From contig JAFGDT010000041.1 in assembly GCA_016931965.1 (NCBI GenBank), forward strand, positions 18,851 to 82,850: DNA of 64,000 nucleotides, in the 5' to 3' direction. A program made the position numbers and the translations under genes. Positions 12,082 to 22,737 of this stretch are shown here, piece by piece. The notes under the pieces are model-generated. The model was not told the DNA's origin. It saw only the letters and a program-made list of their open reading frames with translations, and searched no databases. Each line of letters starts with the position of its first letter. The stretch's first letter is position 1. Source of the DNA: a bacterium. GTDB lineage: Bacteria > Zhuqueibacterota > QNDG01 > DSAB01.

Positions 12082-13149
12082 TCATTGAGATTCTTTTAAC
12101 AATTGTTCCTTTAAAAAATCGATATTCTCTATGGTTGTTGGATCCACACCATAGAGAATGGCCAGATAATAACTCACCCAGTCGCCAAAAAAGACGAGAT
12201 AGAGCAATTGGCTCAATAGATCCTCTCCTTCTGCCACAACATCCAGAATCTGACCCCTATTCTGGTGGACCAGCTCCTTCATGATATCCATCCGCAATTT
12301 CAGACGGGGATGATCCGAAGGCAACCGTAATAGAACCATGACCAAATCGGGGAAATAGCGTTTTGTCCCTGGAAGAGAATCCCAGGGAACAATCTCATTG
12401 TGATTCATCTCGGGGATGGGCAGATAGAATGCGTGTATTTTACTGTTTTCATTGAGCTGCGTCTTCCAGCGAAATCCAACGGCTTCCAAACGATCAATAG
12501 AAGAATAAATGAGGGGAATTTTGTTTTGGAGTTTTTTGGCTAAAACAAGAGGCTGATTTTTAGAATCCGTCATCTTTTTCCAGTCCTTCCCATTTTGTTC
12601 TAAAAAGGTGATCGCATCGGTTACCTTTTGATCATCCGTGTGACCGAAACCCAATCGATTAAAAATTGAGAGAAGAATGCCGATTCCGTATCCAAGAGCC
12701 GCTCTCGGTGGATACCCCTTTGGTAATAGAATCAAGGGATACTTTTTCTGTTCTGCTACCTTTTGAAGGTGTCCGCCCGAAGTTATGCAAATAATGAAGC
12801 AACCCTTTCTCTGAGCCCCTTCCAGTGCAGAAAGTGTCTCTTCGGTATTCCCCGAATAACTCGAAGCGATAAAGAGTGTCTGTGTATCGCAAAAAGAGGG
12901 TACCCGGTAGCTTCGATTGACGATAAACGGTATGGTGAGATGATCTCCAGACAGGGACCGAACAATATCTCCCCCGATGGCCGATCCACCCATACCCGAT
13001 AGAACAATATGTTTCAATCCCGTGATTTTTTGGAGTTCAAGATTATCTTTACCCATCTTCCATCCGCGAAAAAGCTGTATTGGAAATTCCAGAATTTTCT
13101 GAAACATACCGGATTGATCGATTGAAGTCATGCGTTTTTCAGAGAGCAT
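12082..13149 (-). CDS. Bifunctional phosphoglucose/phosphomannose isomerase, SIS-domain and archaeal-type
   Basis: SIS motif VLSGMGGSAIGGDIV, and about 355 aa as for the TIGR02128-like PGI/PMI family. Confidence 0.65.
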   Translation of the reverse strand: MLSEKRMTSIDQSGMFQKILEFPIQLFRGWKMGKDNLELQKITGLKHIVLSGMGGSAIGGDIVRSLSGDHLTIPFIVNRSYRVPSFCDTQTLFIASSYSGNTEETLSALEGAQRKGCFIICITSGGHLQKVAEQKKYPLILLPKGYPPRAALGYGIGILLSIFNRLGFGHTDDQKVTDAITFLEQNGKDWKKMTDSKNQPLVLAKKLQNKIPLIYSSIDRLEAVGFRWKTQLNENSKIHAFYLPIPEMNHNEIVPWDSLPGTKRYFPDLVMVLLRLPSDHPRLKLRMDIMKELVHQNRGQILDVVAEGEDLLSQLLYLVFFGDWVSYYLAILYGVDPTTIENIDFLKEQLLKESQ

Positions 13150-13155
13150 GCTGTT

Positions 13156-13422
13156 TCATTCCTCATGAAATTTACCTTCCAAAAGGTCGGTCAGTGCTTT
13201 CGCCAGTTCTTTCTCTTCTTTACCTTCCACTTTGAGCAGAACTTCACTTCCTTTCTCCGCTGCCAGCATCATCACACCCATGATGCTTTTACCATTCACT
13301 TCCAATCCGTCTTTACTGATGGTCACATCCGCATCATACCTAGAAGCGGTCTGCACAAACAGAGCTGCCGGTCTGGCATGTAACCCGTATCTATTTTTAA
13401 TTATGAGTTTTTTGACAATCAT
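13156..13422 (-). CDS. ptsH: Phosphocarrier protein HPr
   Basis: 88 aa. The GLHARPAA motif contains the active-site His, and NGKSIMGVMMLAA is the serine-phosphorylation region. Confidence 0.85.
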   Translation of the reverse strand: MIVKKLIIKNRYGLHARPAALFVQTASRYDADVTISKDGLEVNGKSIMGVMMLAAEKGSEVLLKVEGKEEKELAKALTDLLEGKFHEE

Positions 13423-13523
13423 CTATCAGTCAAATTGAGTTTAAATAATACTAAAAAAATTCAAGAAAATCAAGCATTAAAAGGCTATCTTTTGCATTTG
13501 TGGATACAAGAGATCGATTCAAT

Positions 13524-14510
13524 TCAAGAAATGCGATCCCGAATCATAAGTGTCAATCTCCTCAAACTCTCTCTCGCATCTCCTTGTTTTAATTCGCTGA
13601 GATGCTCAAGAGCCTGGGCGATTAACTCCTTGATGACTTGCTGAGTTGATTCATAGGTGCTTTCCTGAATAAATAGCTCCCGAATGCAAAGTATCTCTTT
13701 TTTCCCAAAATCCTTTTTCCTCCAAAGTGTCTGAAATTCTCTTTTAACAGAAGTGGCACTATGGTTCAAAAAATGGATGGTCGGATATGTTTTCTTTTTT
13801 TCAATGAGATCGCTTCCCATCGGTTTTCCCGATACCTTCTCCTCTGAAAAGATATCCATGAGATCATCCTGTATTTGAAACGCCTTCCCCAAACAATGGG
13901 CATACCGCTTCAAAGCCAATTGTTCTTTCTCACTTCCATTTCCTAAAATAGCCCCTATTTCACATGCCACTTCAATGAGTTTTGTGGTTTTCTTCTCAAT
14001 CATATCCTCGTATGCATCCATGGAAATCGTATCCTGAAGTTCAAACATTTTGTCGAGAGCTTGACCGACACATAAAACAAGCAAACCGTCCGTAAATATT
14101 TGAATGATGCGTTTTAAATGGGGGTGTTCCGTTTTGAGCAGCACCTGGTAGGCAATCGTCACCAATCCATCACCTACCAAAATAGCAGTCGATTCATCCC
14201 ACTTTTTATGAACCGTCGGCCTTCCCCTCCTGACATCATCATGGTCCATAATATCATCATGAACCAGTGTGAATGTATGGAGAATTTCGATGGCCAAAGC
14301 CGCATGGATACACTCTTCCAAATTGCCCCCGACAGATTGACAGGCAAGAATTAAGAGCAAGGGGCGAATCCTTTTCCCGCCTGCTTCAAACAAATAAACC
14401 ATTGGCTCATAGAGCATGCGAGGTTCCCGCGCTTGAAATTGCAAGTACAATTCCTTATCAATGCGTCGCCTCAGCAATTCAATTTGCCTTTGAATATCCG
14501 TTTGATTCAT
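13524..14510 (-). CDS. Polyprenyl diphosphate synthase (trans-isoprenyl diphosphate synthase)
   Basis: FARM motif LVHDDIMDHDDVRRGRPT and SARM motif FQIQDDLMD. Confidence 0.85.
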   Translation of the reverse strand: MNQTDIQRQIELLRRRIDKELYLQFQAREPRMLYEPMVYLFEAGGKRIRPLLLILACQSVGGNLEECIHAALAIEILHTFTLVHDDIMDHDDVRRGRPTVHKKWDESTAILVGDGLVTIAYQVLLKTEHPHLKRIIQIFTDGLLVLCVGQALDKMFELQDTISMDAYEDMIEKKTTKLIEVACEIGAILGNGSEKEQLALKRYAHCLGKAFQIQDDLMDIFSEEKVSGKPMGSDLIEKKKTYPTIHFLNHSATSVKREFQTLWRKKDFGKKEILCIRELFIQESTYESTQQVIKELIAQALEHLSELKQGDARESLRRLTLMIRDRIS

Positions 14511-14532
14511 CTTATCCCAATCGACAGTTCAG

Positions 14533-15561
14533 TTATTGACTCGATCTGTTTTTTTCAATGACACCTTCTCTGCGCAAATCCCGGATCTGAAGACTGCCCG
14601 TTAGAAACATGGCCATTTTCAACTCTTCTCGCCAGAGTTGAAGTAACGATACCAATCCTTCGATTCCTTGATGGATAAGGACTTTAAGAAGGGGAAGCGC
14701 TGCACCACACATCACAGCTCCCATTGCCAGAGCTTTTGCCATGCTGACACCGTTATCAATTCCACCCGATGCAATAACCCGGGTTCCCTTGACCCGGGAG
14801 ACCATCTCCACGGATCTCGCTGTGGGAATACCCCAGTCCCAGAATCGTTCCACCAGTGACTTCTTTTCAACCCTGAAAGATTCTATGCCGGCCCACGATG
14901 TCCCGCCTGCTCCGGCAACATCAATATAGGATACACCGGCATTAACCAATTTCCGTGCCACCTTCTCTGAGATACCGCAACCCACCTCTTTGACAATAAC
15001 AGGAACTTTCAGTCCATTGACCATTTTTTCAATCCCTTTTAAAACCCCTTTAAATTGGGCTTGCCCTTCCGGTTGGAGGACTTCCTGGAGTGGATTGAGA
15101 TGAACGGCAATACCATCCGCTTCAATCAAATCAACCATTCGATCAAAAACAGATAGATCATCGGTTTCTGTTACTTGAACAGCACCGATATTGCCAATAA
15201 TAATACCATCTGGATTTATTTTTCTAGCAATGCGATAGCTCTCCAAAAAACAATTATTCTCAATGATTGGCCGCTGGCTGCCTACGCCAAGGGCGATATT
15301 TTCGGATCGGCAGACTTCAGCCAACTGACCATTGATCGTTGTCGCGCCGTCATATCCGCCTGTCATGGAGGATATCATGAGGGGAAAAGAGATTTTCTTA
15401 GATAAAAATATGGTCTCGCATGCCACATCGTCAAAGTTCATTTCCGGCAAAGCACAATGAACGAGGTCATAGTCTTCGAAACCTGTCGATTTCTTTCTGA
15501 AACGGACATCCTTTTCCACTGCAATCGAAAAATGTTCAGATTTTCTCTTGGCAATCTCCAT
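14533..15561 (-). CDS. fni: Type 2 isopentenyl-diphosphate delta-isomerase (FMN-dependent)
   Basis: N-terminal KSEHF...FEDYDLVHCALPE, SSMTGG and a Gly-rich FMN motif are typical of IDI-2. It sits next to the polyprenyl synthase. Confidence 0.85.
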   Translation of the reverse strand: MEIAKRKSEHFSIAVEKDVRFRKKSTGFEDYDLVHCALPEMNFDDVACETIFLSKKISFPLMISSMTGGYDGATTINGQLAEVCRSENIALGVGSQRPIIENNCFLESYRIARKINPDGIIIGNIGAVQVTETDDLSVFDRMVDLIEADGIAVHLNPLQEVLQPEGQAQFKGVLKGIEKMVNGLKVPVIVKEVGCGISEKVARKLVNAGVSYIDVAGAGGTSWAGIESFRVEKKSLVERFWDWGIPTARSVEMVSRVKGTRVIASGGIDNGVSMAKALAMGAVMCGAALPLLKVLIHQGIEGLVSLLQLWREELKMAMFLTGSLQIRDLRREGVIEKNRSSQ

Positions 15562-15769
15562 ACAAATTCAATGATCTTTTAGCCTAAAAATGAAAATTCT
15601 TTGCATAAAAAGCAAGAAGAATCTTTCAGAGAATATCGATAACATCTATAAAAATAATTCCTCATCATTGAATCAACGATTTACACTTTCCCATTTCTGG
15701 GTCACTGAGCTTATTTCCTGTAATCGCCTATTCAAATCAATAGGATCGGCTGATGCCATACAACTTAAC

Positions 15770-15800
15770 AAAAAAGCCGAAGGATTGCATTCCCTCGGCC
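15770..15800 (-). terminator. Intrinsic terminator downstream of the pentapeptide-repeat gene
   Basis: Minus strand reads GGCCGAGGGAATGCAATCCTTCGGC followed by TTTTTT. The stem is 8 bp with one mismatch and the loop is 8 nt. Confidence 0.5.
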
Positions 15801-15837
15801 TACTTGAGATATGAGAACCTTATGAATGTTTAAATGA

Positions 15838-16434
15838 CTATTTCACACAATCTGTAAAATCCGCTTTTTCCGTTTTTGCGCCGGTTAAATCTGTATTTGT
15901 TAAATTGGCTCCTCTAAATATTGTACCTGTACAATTCGCATTTTTTAACACGGCCCTCTGAAGATGCGCCCCGCTTAAATCGGCGCCTTTTAAGTTGGCA
16001 TTGACCATACTCGCCCTTTTCAATTTGGCTTCACAGAGCAAGACTCCTTCCAGATTGGCTTCATCCAATTGAGCGCCAAACAAGGAAAGCTTTCTCAGGT
16101 CCACTCCTTTCAAGTTTGCTCTTTCAAGGTTTGTATCCTGCAGATTGGTTCCTTCAAACAGAGCCCCTTCCAGATTGGCTCCCCTTAGGTTCGCGCCAAA
16201 GAGAAATGCACTACCCAAATCGGCCCCTTTGAGATTGGCGTCTTCCAGGTTCGCATTTTGAAGGTGGGCCCCCTTTAAATTTGCTCCACTAAAATTACCC
16301 TTCTTCAGATTGGAATAAGATAGATCAGCGTGAGAAAGGTTTTGTCCGGATAGTGACTCTCCCTTTTCCACTTTTTTCATCACATCTTCTCTTGTCAACG
16401 CTTCCATATCACCCTCCTGATGCGAAACTTTCAA
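15838..16434 (-). CDS. Pentapeptide-repeat protein
   Basis: Tandem A(N/D)L..A.L repeats throughout, e.g. ANLKGAHLQNANLEDANLKGADL. The start may be the internal ATG at 16407 (MEALTRED), which would remove the 26-nt overlap with the STAS gene. Confidence 0.8.
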   Translation of the reverse strand: MKVSHQEGDMEALTREDVMKKVEKGESLSGQNLSHADLSYSNLKKGNFSGANLKGAHLQNANLEDANLKGADLGSAFLFGANLRGANLEGALFEGTNLQDTNLERANLKGVDLRKLSLFGAQLDEANLEGVLLCEAKLKRASMVNANLKGADLSGAHLQRAVLKNANCTGTIFRGANLTNTDLTGAKTEKADFTDCVK

Positions 16435-16756
16435 CCGCTTGATCTACAGCCTTAAACATTTCGATCACCCGGTCAAGTTTGGTAATCTCAATGGGTCGAA
16501 GTACGCGTTTGTTTACATTGGCAAGTTTTAGATCTCCTCCACTCCCTCGAAGTGTTGTGATACTGGCCATAATGATACCCAGACCGGCACTGTTCATCCA
16601 CTTGATTCCACCCATATCCAGTACGACGTCAATCGTGTTTTCTTCAATGGCCTTGTAAATTCTATCCTGGACAATTTGTGAACCTTCCCCTCCCATCAGT
16701 TCTCCTTCCAACTTGAGGACCAACACGTCTCCTTTTTTTATCTCTTTCATTTTCAT
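16409..16756 (-). CDS. STAS-domain protein, an anti-sigma-factor antagonist (SpoIIAA/RsbV-like)
   Basis: 115 aa. The segment VVLDMGGIKWMNSAGLGII carries the conserved Ser. It has the size and pattern of an anti-anti-sigma factor. Confidence 0.8.
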   Translation of the reverse strand: MKMKEIKKGDVLVLKLEGELMGGEGSQIVQDRIYKAIEENTIDVVLDMGGIKWMNSAGLGIIMASITTLRGSGGDLKLANVNKRVLRPIEITKLDRVIEMFKAVDQAVESFASGG

Positions 16757-16795
16757 AAAGTGACCTCCCCAAACAATAAAGTATGATATAATTGA

Positions 16796-18016
16796 CTATT
16801 CATATCTCAAAGCTTCAATGGGATCCATCTTGCTTGCCTTGTTGGCTGGATACACGCCGAATATGAGCCCGACAAGCGAACAAAACACAAAACCAATCAC
16901 AATCATTCCCACAGGAATGGCTGAAGGGATGGGCGAAATGAGAGCAACCAATTGACTGATGCCGATACCAATGAGAATCCCGATGATACCCCCAATATTG
17001 GACAACAATATCGCTTCAACCAAGAATTGAAACAGGATGTCGCGACGCTTCGCCCCGATGGCCAGACGGATGCCGATTTCCCGTGTCCGTTCCCGCACAG
17101 AGACAAGCATGATATTCATAATACCGATGCCGGCAACCAGTAAAGCAAACGATACAATGACGATCGCTCCGATTCGAATCATCCGGGTCATATCATTAAA
17201 CGTTTCCATTAATGTTTCACTTGAAAAGATTTCAAAATCATTCGGTTCATCCAGGGGCACTTTTCTTACGGTACGCAATACACCGATCACTTCCTCTTGT
17301 GCGGTCTCCATCAACTCCGGACTTCTGGCCTGAACCGCAATGGTGAGCGATCGATTTCTGCCATAGTACTTCTGAAAAGTAGTCAGCGGAATAATCAATA
17401 TATCATCTTGACTCTGTCCAAACATCGAACCTTGCTCTTCCAAAACACCAATCACTTGATAGCGGTGTCCGTCAAAAATAATATCTTCACCGATGGGATC
17501 CTGATAGGGAAAGAGTTCTTCAACCACATTAATCCCGACAACAACCACCTGCCGATTGTTATCAACATCAACTTCGGTAATGGCCCTTCCCTCTGCGACA
17601 AAAAGACCATTATTTGGAAAATAGGCGGGAAAAGCCGCTACCAGGTAATTTGTTGGACTTGTTTTTCGGTCCTTATATTTTGCCGTGATTCCAAACTGTC
17701 CATCTTCCGGACCGACCTGGACTACCGAGGGACAGTACTGTTCAATAGCAACAGCTTCTTTTAGTGTGATGTCCTTCCGGTTCCGGTACTCTTCATCATC
17801 ACCCATCTGAATGGCAGGATATTTATTCACATAGAATACATTGGTTCCCAACTGTTCCAATTCCGATTCAAGATTTTTTTGAAAACCATCGATCAAGGAT
17901 TGCATGCCAATGATGGCTGTCACACCGATAATAACTCCGAGAAGTGTGAGAAACGAACGCATTTTATGGCTGCGTATCACATCAACCGCAATGAAGATAC
18001 TTTCACCAATCTGCAT
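16796..18016 (-). CDS. ABC transporter permease of the FtsX/MacB type with a large periplasmic domain
   Basis: N-terminal transmembrane segment, a periplasmic domain of about 220 aa, then three C-terminal transmembrane segments. Ends ...DPIEALRYE. Confidence 0.8.
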   Translation of the reverse strand: MQIGESIFIAVDVIRSHKMRSFLTLLGVIIGVTAIIGMQSLIDGFQKNLESELEQLGTNVFYVNKYPAIQMGDDEEYRNRKDITLKEAVAIEQYCPSVVQVGPEDGQFGITAKYKDRKTSPTNYLVAAFPAYFPNNGLFVAEGRAITEVDVDNNRQVVVVGINVVEELFPYQDPIGEDIIFDGHRYQVIGVLEEQGSMFGQSQDDILIIPLTTFQKYYGRNRSLTIAVQARSPELMETAQEEVIGVLRTVRKVPLDEPNDFEIFSSETLMETFNDMTRMIRIGAIVIVSFALLVAGIGIMNIMLVSVRERTREIGIRLAIGAKRRDILFQFLVEAILLSNIGGIIGILIGIGISQLVALISPIPSAIPVGMIVIGFVFCSLVGLIFGVYPANKASKMDPIEALRYE

Positions 18017-18066
18017 GCCAATCCCTTACTCTATAAAACCCATACACGTTGATAAGTGTCCATACT

Positions 18067-19305
18067 CTATTCATAACGGAGCGCTTCAACCGGATCCAAC
18101 CGTGCAGCTTTCGAAGCAGGGTAAAGTCCGAAAAATATACCGATGGTGACCGTGAATGCAATGCCTAAAAATAAGACCCAGAGGGAAATATTAACAGGTA
18201 TCGGTGTGGCGGAACGGACAATCATTGCAATGCCCATCGAAATCAGGATACCGATAGTAACACCAATGGCCGAAACAAACATCGATTCAACCAGAAACTG
18301 CCACATAATGACACGGTTTTTTGCTCCCAGAGCTTTTCGTATGCCGATTTCCCGGGTTCTCTCCGTAACGGATACCAACATGATGTTCATAATACCGATG
18401 CCTCCCACAACAAGGGATATCGATCCAATACCGATCAACACAATATATAAAATTTGGGTGATACTGTTATACAGATCCATAATCTCGCTTTGCTGATTAA
18501 TCGAGAAATCATTCGGCTCACCTGCTCCAAGACTCCTTGCCCTCCTCATAATACCGATCAATTCATCGATCAATTCTTCCAATATGTCTGGATTTCTTGC
18601 TTTAACCTGTACTTCTAATGATCTTCTGTTTCCGTATATTTTTTCAAATACACTGTAGGGAATAATCGTCATATTGTCCAGGCTCTGTCCAAATACCTGA
18701 CCCCGTTCTTCAAGCACACCGATTATGGAAAATGTGTTGGCTCCAATTTTAATTCGCTCTCCAATGGGATCCCTATCCTCAAACAGAATGCTGGCCACTT
18801 CATAACCGATCACACAGACATTTTTTCTAAAATTCACCTCACTGGGTGTAAAAAACCTTCCATACTCTGCAACCACATTTTGTGTGGTTACATAATCCTC
18901 GGATGTACCTGTAATAATGACATCATCCAAAGATTCGCTTCCGTATTTAACCGTCCTCCTGGTCGCAATTTCGAGTGATATTGCTTCATCCAGTGTGGCA
19001 TATCTTTTAACAAATTCATAATGATCCTCAGTAATGCGTTTTCGTTTGGTGTACTCTAGATATTCTTCATAATCTGTAATCGTCCACGGCATTCGTGAAA
19101 TATAAACAGTGTCCGCACCCAGAAAGGATATTTCTCCTTTTACATAAGCATTCAATCCCTGAATGACGGAGATAATCACCGTGATGACAACCACACCGAT
19201 AAAGATACCCAGCGTTGTCAGAATAGTACGCAACCGGTTGGACTTTAGTGCCTGAAAAGCAATCCCCAAGCCTTCAGCTATTTCACTCCAGGAAAAGAAT
19301 TTCAC
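18067..19305 (-). CDS. ABC transporter permease of the FtsX/MacB type, second paralog
   Basis: Same architecture as the 16796..18016 gene, and also ends ...DPVEALRYE. Confidence 0.8.
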   Translation of the reverse strand: MKFFSWSEIAEGLGIAFQALKSNRLRTILTTLGIFIGVVVITVIISVIQGLNAYVKGEISFLGADTVYISRMPWTITDYEEYLEYTKRKRITEDHYEFVKRYATLDEAISLEIATRRTVKYGSESLDDVIITGTSEDYVTTQNVVAEYGRFFTPSEVNFRKNVCVIGYEVASILFEDRDPIGERIKIGANTFSIIGVLEERGQVFGQSLDNMTIIPYSVFEKIYGNRRSLEVQVKARNPDILEELIDELIGIMRRARSLGAGEPNDFSINQQSEIMDLYNSITQILYIVLIGIGSISLVVGGIGIMNIMLVSVTERTREIGIRKALGAKNRVIMWQFLVESMFVSAIGVTIGILISMGIAMIVRSATPIPVNISLWVLFLGIAFTVTIGIFFGLYPASKAARLDPVEALRYE

Positions 19306-19392
19306 CTACTGCACCTGCAAATCATTTAAACAACCTCATCCATGTTACCTATAAATGACAAAATTGATATTCCCCACGTGATGATTGAATTT

Positions 19393-20070
19393 TTATGCCG
19401 CTTCGTCTCTTTCAACCATTCCATCTCGTAACCGAATAATACGATCGGAGTGTTCTGCAATATACTCTTCATGCGTAACCAGAATGATGGTGTTACCCGC
19501 ATCATGGAGATCTTCACAGATCTCCATAATTTCATCGCCAGTACGGGTATCCAGATTACCCGTCGGTTCATCCGCAAGGATAATGGATGGATTGTTTACC
19601 AACGCCCGCGCAATCGCAACCCTCTGTCTCTGCCCGCCGGATAATTCATTTGGACGGTGGTTCATTCTATCCTTTAATCCAACTTTTTCTAAGGATTTTT
19701 CGGCCATTTCCCTTCTCTGAGCAGCCGGAGTTCCATTGTAAATGAGTGGAAGTTCGACATTATGAAGCGCCGTTGCCCTGGGTAAAAGGTTGAATGTTTG
19801 AAACACAAATCCAATTTCCCGATTCCGAATTTCAGCCAGTTCATCGTCATTCATCGTACTGACCTGTGCATTATTCAATTTATAGATACCCGCCGTTGGG
19901 GTATCAAGACAACCCAGTATGTTCATAAGGGTCGATTTACCCGATCCGGAAGGACCCATGATGGCTACATACTCCCCTTTGTTGATCTGTAAATCGATTG
20001 TACAAAGCGCATGCACTTTTTCCAATCCCACCTGATAATCTTTCACGATCCCCTTGAGATCAATTAGCAT
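19393..20070 (-). CDS. ABC transporter ATP-binding protein (MacB/LolD-type ATPase)
   Basis: Walker [10 protein letters not shown], signature LSGGQRQR, Walker [13 protein letters not shown]. Confidence 0.9.
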   Translation of the reverse strand: MLIDLKGIVKDYQVGLEKVHALCTIDLQINKGEYVAIMGPSGSGKSTLMNILGCLDTPTAGIYKLNNAQVSTMNDDELAEIRNREIGFVFQTFNLLPRATALHNVELPLIYNGTPAAQRREMAEKSLEKVGLKDRMNHRPNELSGGQRQRVAIARALVNNPSIILADEPTGNLDTRTGDEIMEICEDLHDAGNTIILVTHEEYIAEHSDRIIRLRDGMVERDEAA

Positions 20071-20105
20071 TGTTTTTGCTCCTTTCTCATTCAGTTGCTT
20101 GACTT

Positions 20106-21344
20106 TTACTCTTCTTCTTCACTCAGTTCTTTTAATGAATTATCCACCTTTACCGGATTCCCATCTTGAAGCTGTCTGGAAAGCACGCGGTAACTCCCGC
20201 TGACCACTTCATCTCCTTCTTCTAAACCACTGAGAATTTCCCATTCCGTATCACTTGAAATACCTGTTTTGACAGGCGTTTGATAAGCGATTCCATCCCG
20301 AACCACAAATACAACTTCAATTTGCGCTTCTTCATCCTCGGATGATTCCTTTTTCGATTCGGATGAATCTTCCTGACCGGTTGTTGCACCCCCTTCCGAT
20401 TCAATCGGTTCCCGCATGGTAATGCACTGAATCGGTATTTTAAGCACATCATCGCACGTTTCCGTGATAATATCAACGGTAGCTGACATACTCGGCCTTA
20501 ATCGCTCCGGCCTTTCCAGCATCGACACTTTAACCAAAAAATTGGTCACTTGTTCCTGGGTACCTGCTCCGATTGTCGTACCGGTGTTGGCGATCTCCTT
20601 GACAATACCGCGAAAGGTGGTATCCGGAAATGCATCGACGGTGATAACTGAAGAATCTCCAACGGAGACATGCACCACATCGTTTTCGTCGATCTCAGTC
20701 TCTGCCAGCATCTTATTCAAATCGGCAACAACCATGATCACATCCAGAGTGAACTCTGAGCCCATAGCCATTTCACCGACCTTCTTGTTGAGTTGACTGA
20801 CTGTTCCATCCATTGGAGCATAAATCGTCGTTTTACTTAGGTTATCTCTGTATTGGTTCAATCCGGCTTCAGACTGTTCAACCTGCGCTTTGGATTGTTC
20901 ATAGGTTGATTTGGCAATTTCGAGTTCCGCACTGGAAATGAGATTGTCTTCAAACAATTTCATTGAACGTTCATACTCATTGAGGGCTTTCTCATATCCC
21001 GCTCTTGCATAATTCAAGTTAGAACTGGCCTGATCCACCGCCGACAGATAAAATTCTTGATCAAGCTGTGCGAGAAATTGGCCTTTTGTGACATAGTCTC
21101 CTTCAGCCACACCCAGTTCGATGATTTGACCACTCACTTTGGCCGATATCTTCACCTGGACTTCCGGTTGAATCTTGGCTGATCCGGAAACCGATTCCTG
21201 CAGATCACCGCGGATCACCGTCTCGGTCTGGACAGTCACTTTTCCCCCGCTCTTACTGAGATTGCCCACAATAAAAATGAGAAGAATAACGACTGCTCCG
21301 ATAAAGATAAAGAGTTTCTTTTTCTTTAATTTTGCCATCCTCAT
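20106..21344 (-). CDS. Periplasmic adaptor (membrane-fusion protein) of the HlyD/MacA family
   Basis: N-terminal transmembrane anchor, a coiled-coil region, beta-barrel segments and an acidic Ser/Glu-rich linker. Its position between the ABC genes and the TolC-like gene fits this role. Confidence 0.8.
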   Translation of the reverse strand: MRMAKLKKKKLFIFIGAVVILLIFIVGNLSKSGGKVTVQTETVIRGDLQESVSGSAKIQPEVQVKISAKVSGQIIELGVAEGDYVTKGQFLAQLDQEFYLSAVDQASSNLNYARAGYEKALNEYERSMKLFEDNLISSAELEIAKSTYEQSKAQVEQSEAGLNQYRDNLSKTTIYAPMDGTVSQLNKKVGEMAMGSEFTLDVIMVVADLNKMLAETEIDENDVVHVSVGDSSVITVDAFPDTTFRGIVKEIANTGTTIGAGTQEQVTNFLVKVSMLERPERLRPSMSATVDIITETCDDVLKIPIQCITMREPIESEGGATTGQEDSSESKKESSEDEEAQIEVVFVVRDGIAYQTPVKTGISSDTEWEILSGLEEGDEVVSGSYRVLSRQLQDGNPVKVDNSLKELSEEEE

Positions 21345-21373
21345 GCCTCACTTTCAATCATTAAACATAATCT

Positions 21374-22705
21374 CTATTCTTCAAGTGTCCCCATTGCCTG
21401 TTCCAAACGGGCAATAGCCTTTTTATATGCATAAAGGGATTGAATATAATCGCTCTGCGCCGTGGCATAGGATACCTGTGCATCGATTAATTCCAGCATG
21501 GTACCCGATCCGAGATTGTATTTTTCGGTATTCAACCTCAAATCTTCCTCGGCCGATGTAACCTGATTCCGTGTAACCTCAATGGATTTCTTAGACTGTT
21601 CAACATCAAAATAGGCCTGTTTGACTTCCAAAGCCACATCCCTTTTGATCTGTTCAAAAGCCTCAACGCTCGACTGGTAATTGAGTTTGGCTCTGCTGAG
21701 ATTAGCGATTCTTGAAAAACCCTGAAAAATCGGCAGTGAAAGGCTGACACCCATATACCAGCTGTAATCTGAATCGAATAGATTATTGACCATACCAAAA
21801 TCTTTATGCCGCCAGTTGTATCCATAAAATGCAGAAACAGAAGGCAAATATTGACTGATCGACATGCCAACACCGGCTTTCGAAGCTTTTACATCAAATT
21901 CCCGACTGATCAGACTCGGATGATACAGGAATGTGTTCTCGACAGCGTCCTCATAACTGACCTCGATTTCCGGCACTTCCAGATCATCAACAACCTGAAT
22001 TTGGTCATCGACGTCAAAACCCAGAATGTGATTAAGAGAAGCCCGGGCGATCGAGAGACTGTTTTGGGACTGAATCAAGTTCAATTGACTGGTTCCCAGC
22101 TGGACTTCAGCTTTAAGCACATCCGATTTTGAAGTTTTTCCGACTTCAAAGAGCGCCTCTGCCCTCTTGTATGACTCTTCTGAAGACAATAATGTCTCTT
22201 CGGCTACTCCCAGTAGTTTTTCAGCTGCCAGCAGATTGTAATACCGTTCCTTAACAACAAATATAACTGTTTGCTTTGTATTTTCAAATATGTATTCGGC
22301 ACTCTTTTGCAGGGCACGGCTTCGACTGTAATTAAAGAGATTATACCCACCATTGAAAATGGTCTGATTGATGGATATCCCAATGCTGGACGACCAGGAC
22401 GCAATTTCATTCGGCTGAATGGGAACCAGGATGCCGGTCTGGGGATCGATGCGCAGTGCGGAAGAGGGACCCACAACAGAATGGCTGTACTGCAAGCTGG
22501 ATGACACATAAGGCAGAAAATTGGACATGGCCACGGTCACATCTTTACCGGCCATCTTAACAGTGAATTCTCCGCGGATAATGTCGGGATTTTGCTCAAG
22601 TGCAATCTCAACACAGTCATCCACTGTGAGCTGGGCTTCCTGCCCGTATACACCAACAATAAAACCAAAAATGGTCAACATAACGATAAAGAGATACTGC
22701 TTCAT
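21374..22705 (-). CDS. TolC-family outer-membrane efflux protein
   Basis: Signal peptide MKQYLFIVMLTIFGFIVGVYGQ followed by a tandem repeat architecture of about 440 aa. I place the start at the ATG at 22705. The 55-codon upstream extension in the ORF track is rejected. Confidence 0.75.
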   Translation of the reverse strand: MKQYLFIVMLTIFGFIVGVYGQEAQLTVDDCVEIALEQNPDIIRGEFTVKMAGKDVTVAMSNFLPYVSSSLQYSHSVVGPSSALRIDPQTGILVPIQPNEIASWSSSIGISINQTIFNGGYNLFNYSRSRALQKSAEYIFENTKQTVIFVVKERYYNLLAAEKLLGVAEETLLSSEESYKRAEALFEVGKTSKSDVLKAEVQLGTSQLNLIQSQNSLSIARASLNHILGFDVDDQIQVVDDLEVPEIEVSYEDAVENTFLYHPSLISREFDVKASKAGVGMSISQYLPSVSAFYGYNWRHKDFGMVNNLFDSDYSWYMGVSLSLPIFQGFSRIANLSRAKLNYQSSVEAFEQIKRDVALEVKQAYFDVEQSKKSIEVTRNQVTSAEEDLRLNTEKYNLGSGTMLELIDAQVSYATAQSDYIQSLYAYKKAIARLEQAMGTLEE

Positions 22706-22737
22706 GATAAAATCCTCTCTATTTATTCTAAATTCAC

